Source of the DNA: Candidatus Aenigmatarchaeota archaeon
GTDB taxonomy: Archaea; Aenigmatarchaeota; Aenigmatarchaeia; QMZP01
Reading direction: 5' to 3'
NCBI GenBank assembly: GCA_016185435.1
Contig: JACPNN010000021.1
Coordinates: forward strand, 269 to 64,268
Length of the DNA: 64,000 nt
Shown in pieces: positions 56,093 through 64,000 of the stretch; position 1 is the stretch's first letter; each line of letters starts with the position of its first letter. Below the pieces are notes generated by a model that searched no databases, was not told the origin of the DNA, and worked only from the letters and a program-made list of their open reading frames with translations. Made by a program: the position numbers and the translations under genes.

Positions 56093-58714
56093 ACGAAGAA
56101 AATAGAAGACAATAGCTTAGAAGGAGTGATTGACAAAACAATGGATGAAATGCTTGAAACTTTCCCCCAGAAGCTGAGGGAAGATGTTCTCCAGTACATG
56201 GACGAAAAAGCCCTGCCTTTCGACAAGAGAGAGAGGATTGTGCAAAAGGTCTTCCAGCTCTACAGGCAAAGCCTGTACAACCCTGAGGAAGCCATAGGCA
56301 TTGTTACTGCCCAGAGCCTGTCCGAACCCGCCACCCAGATGTCACTGGACTGCTCTGAGAAGGTCATAGTGAAACGCAACAAGGCGATTAAAATAATCCC
56401 TATCGGCTCTTTCATAGATCTTATTATGGAGAATGAGGGGAGGAAAATGATTAATGGATGGGAGGTATGTGATGTGTTAGGTCTAGAGCTATATGTTCCG
56501 AGCATTACGCAGAATGAAAAAATAGAATGGAGACAGATAAAGGAGGTAAGCAGGCATCCTGCTCCTGAAACGCTGCTGGAAATAAGAACAAAGTCAGGCA
56601 GGAAAATTGTGGCCACAGATTCCCATTCTTTTTTCGTAAGGAAAAATAACAGGATAATTGCAGTTTCCGGGGCAGAGCTGGAGGCGGGTGAGAGGATACC
56701 TGCATTATCATTCCTCCCTGAAAACTGCATCCAGCACTTAGAGACAAAACAGATAGTCGGGGACGGGAAATATGCCAAAAAGCGTTTGGCAGAGACGCTT
56801 CAGCTGAATGGCAGGTTGGGGTGGCTTTTCGGGGCTTATCTGGCAGAAGGAAATGCGGCCAAATTCTATGTCTCCTTCTCGAACACAGACAAGAGGTTTT
56901 TGTCCCAGATAAGGGATATTGCGAAATCGTTTGGCTTCACGTTCAATGAGTATGACAACAACAGAGGATTTGCCTTGGGCCATGGCATCAGGATAAACTC
57001 GAAGCAGCTTTCCATGCTGATGGAAAGGGCATGCGGGGTAGGCGCAGCGAATAAGAAAGTGCCTGATTTTGCCTTCAGCGCAAACGCTGATTTTGTTTCA
57101 GGTATCCTGAGGGGATATTTCGATGGTGATGGAAGCGTGTCTGTTGAGAGAAAGGTAATAAGGGCGTCATCAAAATCATCGGAGCTTATTGATGGTATAG
57201 CTCTCCTCTTGACAAGGTTCGGGATATTTGCCAGAAAATCAAGGGACAAGCAATACACGCTTTCGATACCATACAAGCATGCAAAGGCATTCAGCAAGAT
57301 AGGCTTTTCAGTTGGTTACAAGGGTGAGCAGCTTGATATGCTGTGCAATCTTTTTGAAAAGGATAAAGACAGATATGAGGACTTCATTGACATGGTAGGC
57401 GGGTTTGACGATATAATGGTCAGTCTTTCTAGGAAGCTGAACCTGCCTGCAAGATATGTAAACAGCTGCACAAAAAGGCAGAAGATTGGAAGGACAGCGC
57501 TTTTGAGGCACATTGAAAGGTTCAAAAGGGCTTCCATGGAAAAATCCATAGATATTGAAAAGGAGCTGGCCGTATTAAAAAGAATGCACGAATCTGATGT
57601 TGTGTGGGATGAGATAGTTTCTATTGGCAGGATGAGGCCTTCCAGCAGCTATGTTTATGACTTCAGCGTGCCTGGAACAGAGAGCTTTACAACATTTGAC
57701 GGCATAGTCACGCACAATACCATGCGTACCTACCATTTCGCCGGCACAGCAGGCATACAGGTTACATTAGGTTTGCCCAGAATGATAGAGATATTCGACG
57801 CGAGAAGAGAGCCTACCACCCCGACAATGATTGTCTACGTGAACAGGGGATTGCAGGACAAGGAGAAGGTGAAGAAGATAGCCGAGAACATCAAGGAAGT
57901 GAAGGTGAAGAACATAACCATAAGCGTCTCAATGGACCTGACAGAATCCATAATACGGTGCAGGATGAACGCAAAGAAGCTCAAAGAGCTTGAAATCGAT
58001 CCCAAAAAACTCCCCAGCATGATGAAGATAAGGGGGAACAAGGTGGAGGTTGAGGGGGACGACCTTATCATAAGGACAAAGAAAAAGGATCTGAGGAATC
58101 TCCACAAGATCAAATTCGCTTTGCTTGACAGCAGGATAAAGGGAATAAAAGGCATAACACAGGCGATAGTCCTCAAGGAAAGGAACGAGTGGGTGATAAA
58201 CACACTCGGGAGCAATCTAAAGAAAGCCATACTGATAGAAGGCGTGGATACAGACAGGACGACAAGCAACAACATCTTTGAGGTCTGCGAGGTGCTGGGA
58301 ATAGAGGCTGCAAGGAATGCGATAATCCATCAGGCAGCCTATGTCATGGAGGAGCAGGGGCTGAACGCTGACATGAGATACCTGATGCTGCTTGCTGACA
58401 TGATGACGGTGACGGGCCAGATAAGATCCATAGGGAGGTACGGGATTTCAGGCGGGAAGAGCAGCGTGCTCGTAAGAGCCAGCTTCGAGGAGACAAAGAA
58501 GCATCTTGTAGGGGCGAGCGTTAAGGGAGAGAAGGATGAGTTCAGGGGAACCATAGAGAACGTGATGGTGAACCAGCTTGCTCCCATAGGCACGGGCGCC
58601 TTCAACCTTGTCGGGGAGATACCGTCTATTGGAGAAGAGAAGAAAGAGGGAGACAGGAAGAAAGAAAAGGAGATAAAGGTCAAGGAAGCCAAGAAAAAGG
58701 GGAAGGAAGAATAA
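56090..58714 (+). CDS. rpoA2: RNA polymerase subunit A'' with intein
   Basis: AQSLSEPATQM/TMRTYHFAG, VTLGLPR, LGIEAARN, RASFEET, PIGTG. Confidence 0.96.
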   Translation: MTKKIEDNSLEGVIDKTMDEMLETFPQKLREDVLQYMDEKALPFDKRERIVQKVFQLYRQSLYNPEEAIGIVTAQSLSEPATQMSLDCSEKVIVKRNKAIKIIPIGSFIDLIMENEGRKMINGWEVCDVLGLELYVPSITQNEKIEWRQIKEVSRHPAPETLLEIRTKSGRKIVATDSHSFFVRKNNRIIAVSGAELEAGERIPALSFLPENCIQHLETKQIVGDGKYAKKRLAETLQLNGRLGWLFGAYLAEGNAAKFYVSFSNTDKRFLSQIRDIAKSFGFTFNEYDNNRGFALGHGIRINSKQLSMLMERACGVGAANKKVPDFAFSANADFVSGILRGYFDGDGSVSVERKVIRASSKSSELIDGIALLLTRFGIFARKSRDKQYTLSIPYKHAKAFSKIGFSVGYKGEQLDMLCNLFEKDKDRYEDFIDMVGGFDDIMVSLSRKLNLPARYVNSCTKRQKIGRTALLRHIERFKRASMEKSIDIEKELAVLKRMHESDVVWDEIVSIGRMRPSSSYVYDFSVPGTESFTTFDGIVTHNTMRTYHFAGTAGIQVTLGLPRMIEIFDARREPTTPTMIVYVNRGLQDKEKVKKIAENIKEVKVKNITISVSMDLTESIIRCRMNAKKLKELEIDPKKLPSMMKIRGNKVEVEGDDLIIRTKKKDLRNLHKIKFALLDSRIKGIKGITQAIVLKERNEWVINTLGSNLKKAILIEGVDTDRTTSNNIFEVCEVLGIEAARNAIIHQAAYVMEEQGLNADMRYLMLLADMMTVTGQIRSIGRYGISGGKSSVLVRASFEETKKHLVGASVKGEKDEFRGTIENVMVNQLAPIGTGAFNLVGEIPSIGEEKKEGDRKKEKEIKVKEAKKKGKEE
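56342..57718 (+). mobile_element. Intein (459 aa) with LAGLIDADG homing endonuclease
   Basis: Starts SLDCSEKV, ATDSHSF, GAYLAEG, RGYFDGDG, ends VTHN before Thr. Confidence 0.95.
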
Positions 58715-58796
58715 ATCCGGTTAATTTCATATTTCAGAACGATTCACCAGCAAAAACTGCCTATCCATATATTATCCCTTCTCCAAATACTAATTG

Positions 58797-59753
58797 ATGA
58801 TAACTGCCACTACCTTCGATGGCAAGTTCCAGAAGGCGCAGATAGGCGCAAAGGATGTTAAAAGGCTCATAAACTCCCATAAGCTTGTCTGGATAAACTG
58901 TGCTTCGTTATCGCATGGCGAACTGAAATCCGTATTCGAGGGTGTGGAGAGCATACCTCATTTCCTCGTTGATTACTGCACAAGAAGGCAGAGGCCCAGG
59001 ATAGACCAGCACGGAGACACAGTCTTCCTTGTTTTCGATATGCTCAGCTATGAACACTCTTTAAGGAACGAGCAGCTGAACGCTATTGTAGGAGGGAATT
59101 TTGTTTTGACAATCACAGGCAAGAATCTACGGCAGATTGACAGGATTGAAGAGCTTGCAGGAACCAATTCTGCTCATATAAGGAAACTGGGAAAGGCATA
59201 TCTGCTTTACCTTATACTCGACAGCATAGTGGACGACTATGGTCTGATCCTCGACAAAATAGATGAGGACATGGAAAGGCTCGAGGCGTCGCTGCTAGAA
59301 GGGTCCAAGGAAAACATGCACCATAAGATCATCCAGATGGGAAAGATCATGGCCAAAATCTGGAGGAGCATAATGCCGGAGAAAGAGATTTTCCACAGTC
59401 TGGGGAGGAGCGAGTTCAATATGCTGGGAGGCCATGCAGCAGTATATTTCAGGGACACGGCCTCTGACTTGCTGACGATTTCCGAGAGGATTGAAATGCA
59501 AAGGGAGACGATTTCAAACCTGATGGAGGTCTATGCCTCTTCTATTTCAAACAGCCTGAGCACCATAATGAAGATGCTTACTGTCCTGACAGCGGTCCTT
59601 CTTGTTCCAACGCTTATATCAGGCATATATGGCATGAATCTTGCCTATCTTCCCATTGCAAACCATCCCAACGGCTTCCTGGTAATGATAATTATCATGA
59701 TCATTTCCATGCTGCTGCTTCTGCTCGCCTTCAGACTGAAGAAGTGGATATGA
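58797..59753 (+). CDS. corA: CorA Mg/Co transporter
   Basis: QRPRID, MKMLT, PTLISGIYGMN, C-terminal KKWI. Confidence 0.93.
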   Translation: MITATTFDGKFQKAQIGAKDVKRLINSHKLVWINCASLSHGELKSVFEGVESIPHFLVDYCTRRQRPRIDQHGDTVFLVFDMLSYEHSLRNEQLNAIVGGNFVLTITGKNLRQIDRIEELAGTNSAHIRKLGKAYLLYLILDSIVDDYGLILDKIDEDMERLEASLLEGSKENMHHKIIQMGKIMAKIWRSIMPEKEIFHSLGRSEFNMLGGHAAVYFRDTASDLLTISERIEMQRETISNLMEVYASSISNSLSTIMKMLTVLTAVLLVPTLISGIYGMNLAYLPIANHPNGFLVMIIIMIISMLLLLLAFRLKKWI

Positions 59754-59834
59754 CATGGGAAACTAGAATTTCTGGTAAATCTATTTTTCGCTATAGGAAA
59801 CAGAATTGATATGCTTAGAGTTGACTAGCAGAGA

Positions 59835-61475
59835 TCAGATCGGGCAGACAAGCTTGCCAAGCTTCTCTGTCAGCCTCGCATTCTCAGAATAATCCACGGG
59901 GACATCCATAATCACTATATTGTCCGTTTCCAGAGCCTTTTTCAGGGCAGGCATGAATTCCCCTGCCGAATTTATCCTTATCCCGATGCACCCAAAACTC
60001 TCCGCATACATGACAAAATCAGGATTGGTGAAAGACATTCCAAATTCTGATCCAAACTCTTTTACCTGCTTCCACTCAATCATTCCGTATTTGCTGTCAC
60101 TGAAGATTATCACCACAAACGCCAGGCCCAGCCTTTTTGCAGTCTCTATCTCCTGCGAATTCATCAGAAAGCCGCCATCGCCTGTAATCGCCACTATTTT
60201 TCTGTCAGGGTGGACAAGCTTTGCAGCCACGCAGCCCGGGAGAGCTATCCCCATCGTGGCAAACCCGTTTGATATTATCACTGTGTTGGGTGAGTAAGCC
60301 GGATACAGCCTTGCTATCCACAGCTTGTGCATCCCGACGTCGCTCAGAATTATGTCCTTATCCCCCAGAGCCTGCCTGACATCATAAAGTATCTTCTGCG
60401 GCTTCATGGGGAAATGGCTGCTGTTTCTGAACTCCTCGAACTCGCCTTTTGTCAGTTTTTTGAGAGAATTCATGTATTCAAAGCTCTTGTTGAAGCCTGT
60501 CAGCCTTGTCAGCTTGTAGAGAATAGTTTTCATTTCTCCGACAAGCTCCACGTCAGGATCATAGTGGGCATCCACTTCCGCCCTCACGCTGTCTATGTGT
60601 ATCAGTTTCTTGTCGCCCTCCGGATTCCAGAACGCGGGGGAATATTCGGCTATGTCATACCCCACAGTTATCACCAGATCTGCCTTCTCGAATCCGCACA
60701 TTATGTAGTCCTTTGCCTGCAGGCCTATGGTAGACACAAAAAGCTCATGCTTTGCAGAAATGGCTCCCTTGGCCATGAACGTGTTGGCCGCATAAATCCT
60801 GTTTTTCTCTGCGAAATCGGCCAGCTCCCTGCACGCTTCGGCCCTGATCACGCCATTGCCCGCAAGTATTATGGGGTTTTTCGAATTTTTTATGAGAGTT
60901 GCCGCAGCTTCAAAGGCATCTTTTGTCGGCCTGAAGGAAGGGTTACTTGCAACCTTCAGCGGCTTAAGATCCTTTTCCAGATCCAGGCATGCTATTGCCT
61001 CTGATATCTCGATATGCGCCGCGCCTTTCTTCTCGATCTGCGCTATCCTGAATGCCTTTCTTATCACTTCGGGTATCACATCGGCATGATGCACCCTCGC
61101 GTTCCATTTGGTGATGGGCCTGAATGCATTGACAATATCTATGTACTGGTGGCTCTCTTTATGGGCCCGCCTCAGGTCAGCCTGGCCTGTTATGGCAATC
61201 AATGGAGCACGGTCCATGTTTGCATCTGCGACCCCTGTAAACAGGTTGGTCGCTCCTGGCCCCAAAGTGGAGAGGCACACTCCGGCCTTGCCTGTCAGCC
61301 TGCCATAGACATCGGCCATGAAGGCAGCGCCCTGTTCATGCCTTGTCAGGACAAACTTTATCCTGGAATTCCTCAAGGCCTCAAGGATGTCCAGATTCTC
61401 TTCCCCCGGAAGGCCGAATATGTATTCTGTTCCCTCATTCTCGAGGCACTTCACAAACAGCTCTGCGGCTTTCAT
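59835..61475 (-). CDS. ThDP enzyme of acetolactate-synthase-like clade, candidate 2-oxoglutarate decarboxylase
   Basis: CLENEG.EYIFGLPGEENL, RHEQGAAFMAD, STLGPGATNL, HKESHQY, GDGGFLMNSQE. Confidence 0.85.
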   Translation of the reverse strand: MKAAELFVKCLENEGTEYIFGLPGEENLDILEALRNSRIKFVLTRHEQGAAFMADVYGRLTGKAGVCLSTLGPGATNLFTGVADANMDRAPLIAITGQADLRRAHKESHQYIDIVNAFRPITKWNARVHHADVIPEVIRKAFRIAQIEKKGAAHIEISEAIACLDLEKDLKPLKVASNPSFRPTKDAFEAAATLIKNSKNPIILAGNGVIRAEACRELADFAEKNRIYAANTFMAKGAISAKHELFVSTIGLQAKDYIMCGFEKADLVITVGYDIAEYSPAFWNPEGDKKLIHIDSVRAEVDAHYDPDVELVGEMKTILYKLTRLTGFNKSFEYMNSLKKLTKGEFEEFRNSSHFPMKPQKILYDVRQALGDKDIILSDVGMHKLWIARLYPAYSPNTVIISNGFATMGIALPGCVAAKLVHPDRKIVAITGDGGFLMNSQEIETAKRLGLAFVVIIFSDSKYGMIEWKQVKEFGSEFGMSFTNPDFVMYAESFGCIGIRINSAGEFMPALKKALETDNIVIMDVPVDYSENARLTEKLGKLVCPI

Positions 61476-61775
61476 GCCAAAGTTTTTTTGATCTATAATT
61501 TAAAAAGCAGTATCTGAGATGAATGCCTTTATTCATGACATGGAGGCCGACATAGCCCTCGGCGATACGATGAACAGGCCTGCTTTTCTAAACCCCGACG
61601 GCTCGCTGAGGAAGTTTGTTATGGTGACCGCAAATTCCATCTCCTCCGTTGCCTTCACGGTAGACGCATCTACCAAGCTTTTCTAGTGCAAGACAGAAAA
61701 GCTCTGCTTGAATTCTTAGGCACAATCCAACGGCAACCATCTCTTTAAAAAACTGTTCCCTTAATACTTAAGAGG

Positions 61776-62036
61776 ATGATTCCCATGGCCTACAATACTG
61801 ATGATGTTGCCAATGAAATCGAGAAAATGTGCTTAAATCTAGCTGGCAAACTGCGCGGAATTGTGGATGATTTGAAATCATACCCGCCTGAAGTGCTTCA
61901 GAACTATGTAAAGGGCAACGTCCACTATTTCAAACAGTTTAGGGAGATCGATCAAATACTGCAAGGAACGAATCTTCACGAAAGAGAGGAGTATATCAGC
62001 AGTGCTCTAAGAGAACTGAAAGAGGAACGCAAGTGA
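61776..62036 (+). CDS. Hypothetical protein
   Basis: 86-aa helical ORF with TATA and AGAGGA upstream. Confidence 0.55.
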   Translation: MIPMAYNTDDVANEIEKMCLNLAGKLRGIVDDLKSYPPEVLQNYVKGNVHYFKQFREIDQILQGTNLHEREEYISSALRELKEERK

Positions 62037-62146
62037 TAAAGCAGTCCCTTTTAGGTTGTCAACACCCTTTTACTGTCAACCAGCCAGAGCAACAACACGT
62101 TTTGGCTCTTCAATGCTACGGCCGAAAAGAAAGCCTTCATCCCGGC

Positions 62147-63517
62147 TCATTGGCTGTTGACTACAACAGTCTTAATATTCACAAACTCCCTTATGCCGAA
62201 TTCCCCCAGCTCCCTCCCATATCCTGATTTCTTCACGCCGCCGAAAGGCAGCTTGGGATCGCTTTTGACTATCGTGTTCACAAAAACATTTCCTGCCTCT
62301 ATCTGCCTTGCAAGCCTTTCCGCCTTTTCAGTGTCTGAAGACCATATGCTTGCGCCAAGGCCATAAGGGGTGCCATTAGCTATTCTTACCGCTTCCCTTT
62401 CGTCTTCCGCTGTTATCATGGGCATGACAGGCCCGAAGACCTCTTCCCTGTAAACTTCCATATTATCCTTTATGCCTGAAAGGAGGGTCGGCTGGTAGAA
62501 GAATCCCCTGCCTCCAGGCCTACCCCCTCCAAACAATATCTTTGCTCCCTTCGTCCTTGCATCCTCAACTTTCCTTTCCACATCCTCAAGTATATCCCTT
62601 TTAGCCAGGGGGCCTATGTCTGTCGATTCCTCAAGAGGATTCCCGACTTTAAGCTTTTCAAGATTCCTGACAAGCGTGTCCTCAAATTCACTTTCAATCC
62701 CCTTTACCACAATGAACCTCTTTGCGGCTATGCAGCTCTGGCCCGCATTTTTCATCCTTGCATCCACAGCATTTGAAGCGGCTTTCCCAATGTCCGCATC
62801 CTCCAGGACTATGAAAGGGTCTGATCCCCCCAGCTCCAGCACGCATTTCTTGATGTTTTTTCCTGCAATTGAAGCGACCTGCATCCCCGCTGATGTGGAG
62901 CCTGTAAGGCTTACGGCATCCACATGGTCCGATTCCACCAGCCTCATCGCGGCAGAAGAATCGACCAATAAGCTTCTGAAAACAAACTCAGGAAAGCCGG
63001 AATCGGCAAAAATCTCCTGAATTTTCAGTGAACACCGGGGCACATTGCTCGCATGCTTCAGGACCACAAGATTTCCTGCAATCATAGCAGGGAGAGCAAA
63101 CCTCATCACCTGCCAGAAGGGGAAGTTCCATGGCATGATTCCCAGGACAAGGCCCAGCGGCTCAAAGGTTATATAGCTTTTTTTATTCTGCGTGTCTATT
63201 ACCTCCTTTTCCAGGAATCCTTTTGCTGATTTTGAGTAATAATCGCACAATAAGGCGCATTTCTCTATTTCAGCAATGGCCTCCCTTATCGGCTTTCCCA
63301 TCTCATCCGTCACTATCCTTGATAATTCATTTTTCCTCCCGAGCAGCCTTTCCCCAAGGGCTTCTGCCAGCCTCAGCTTTTCGCCTATATCCGTGTTTTT
63401 CCATTCATGGAACCTGCCCTTTGACTCTTTCAGGGCAGCAGATGCCTGTCTGTAATCCATTCCCTCAAATTCGGCCATCACCTCTTCTGTGGCAGGATTG
63501 ACTGAGAAGAATTTCAT
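62147..63517 (-). CDS. NAD(P)-dependent succinate-semialdehyde dehydrogenase
   Basis: IMPWNFPFWQV.R, LKHASNVP, LELGGSD, GQSCIAAKR, EEVFGP, SGYGREL. Confidence 0.9.
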   Translation of the reverse strand: MKFFSVNPATEEVMAEFEGMDYRQASAALKESKGRFHEWKNTDIGEKLRLAEALGERLLGRKNELSRIVTDEMGKPIREAIAEIEKCALLCDYYSKSAKGFLEKEVIDTQNKKSYITFEPLGLVLGIMPWNFPFWQVMRFALPAMIAGNLVVLKHASNVPRCSLKIQEIFADSGFPEFVFRSLLVDSSAAMRLVESDHVDAVSLTGSTSAGMQVASIAGKNIKKCVLELGGSDPFIVLEDADIGKAASNAVDARMKNAGQSCIAAKRFIVVKGIESEFEDTLVRNLEKLKVGNPLEESTDIGPLAKRDILEDVERKVEDARTKGAKILFGGGRPGGRGFFYQPTLLSGIKDNMEVYREEVFGPVMPMITAEDEREAVRIANGTPYGLGASIWSSDTEKAERLARQIEAGNVFVNTIVKSDPKLPFGGVKKSGYGRELGEFGIREFVNIKTVVVNSQ

Positions 63518-63641
63518 AAATCTCTCCTTGAATTATAATGAAGGCAGGTTTAAATAAAAATTTCAGTTCGGAACAGATACCCTGCAAGAGGCAGTTATGG
63601 CTTTATTATATGGTAAGCACAAATACTTAAGTGATAGGAAC

Positions 63642-63680
63642 ATGGCAGCAAAAAAAAGAAAGGCGGCAAGGAAGAGATAA
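63642..63680 (+). CDS. Possible 12-aa basic micro-peptide MAAKKRKAARKR
   Basis: TATA-like TTTATTATA, GTGAT RBS-like, downstream hairpin and T-tracts. Confidence 0.35.
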   Translation: MAAKKRKAARKR

Positions 63681-63766
63681 GGGATATTTCATTTTCATTT
63701 CAAATCCCGTTTCGATTTTTATTTTCAATTTCTCATTTGTTTTTCATCAGTAAGGGAGGCAGCTAT

Positions 63767-64000
63767 CTATTTGAATAAGGCGCTAATTTCCTTTTTTGAA
63801 AGAATCAGCTTGAATTTTCTGAATTCGATTTTCTTGTCATCAAAAAACTCTTCAACCTTTTTCTCATCCTTCTCTTCAACGGCCAGACAGCATCTGGCAA
63901 GCTTGGCATATGAAATCGAGCCGAGGAGGCCTTTCCTGTTGTATGTGTATTTCCCACTTTTCGACTTGTCCTTATAGCCGAAAAGGCCCCTGCTTATCTT
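63767..64000 (-). CDS. C-terminal domain of a probable third MNT paralog (partial)
   Basis: Manual: KISRGLFGYKDK...KGLL....AKLARCCLAV...VEEFF, aligns with RKLYGY domains at 17.5 and 48.6 kb. Confidence 0.7.
   Translation of the reverse strand, partial: KISRGLFGYKDKSKSGKYTYNRKGLLGSISYAKLARCCLAVEEKDEKKVEEFFDDKKIEFRKFKLILSKKEISALFK

Overview
Archaeal chromosomal window, most likely from a DPANN lineage (inference from split rpoB''/rpoB' and rpoA'/rpoA'', an archaeal histone, Kae1, pelota, a single-OB-fold SSB and TATA-type promoters). The backbone is Kae1, pelota, Trm11-like methylase, an osmo/ion-homeostasis cluster, a vWA-MoxR-DUF58 operon, the RNA polymerase operon, CorA and a ThDP decarboxylase/SSADH pair. 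Accessory DNA is dense: about seven toxin-antitoxin-like modules, an IS1595, two LAGLIDADG inteins, a riboflavin operon fragment and several gene remnants. Main observations: (1) a Pup-ligase (PafA/Dop)-family gene in an archaeon, with no Pup gene in view and a deleted conserved segment; (2) gene-sized cassettes separated by three copies of a 38-39 bp repeat, the first of which cuts ribA mid-gene; (3) several insertions bracketed by duplicated gene ends or starts that differ mostly at synonymous positions; (4) a family of small hairpin-rich elements, one inside the RNAP operon; (5) a structured 5' leader with covariation upstream of two CxxC-x17-CxxC genes. No tRNA, rRNA, CRISPR array, integrase or reverse transcriptase was recognised. 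All product calls rest on motif recognition by eye, not on database searches.
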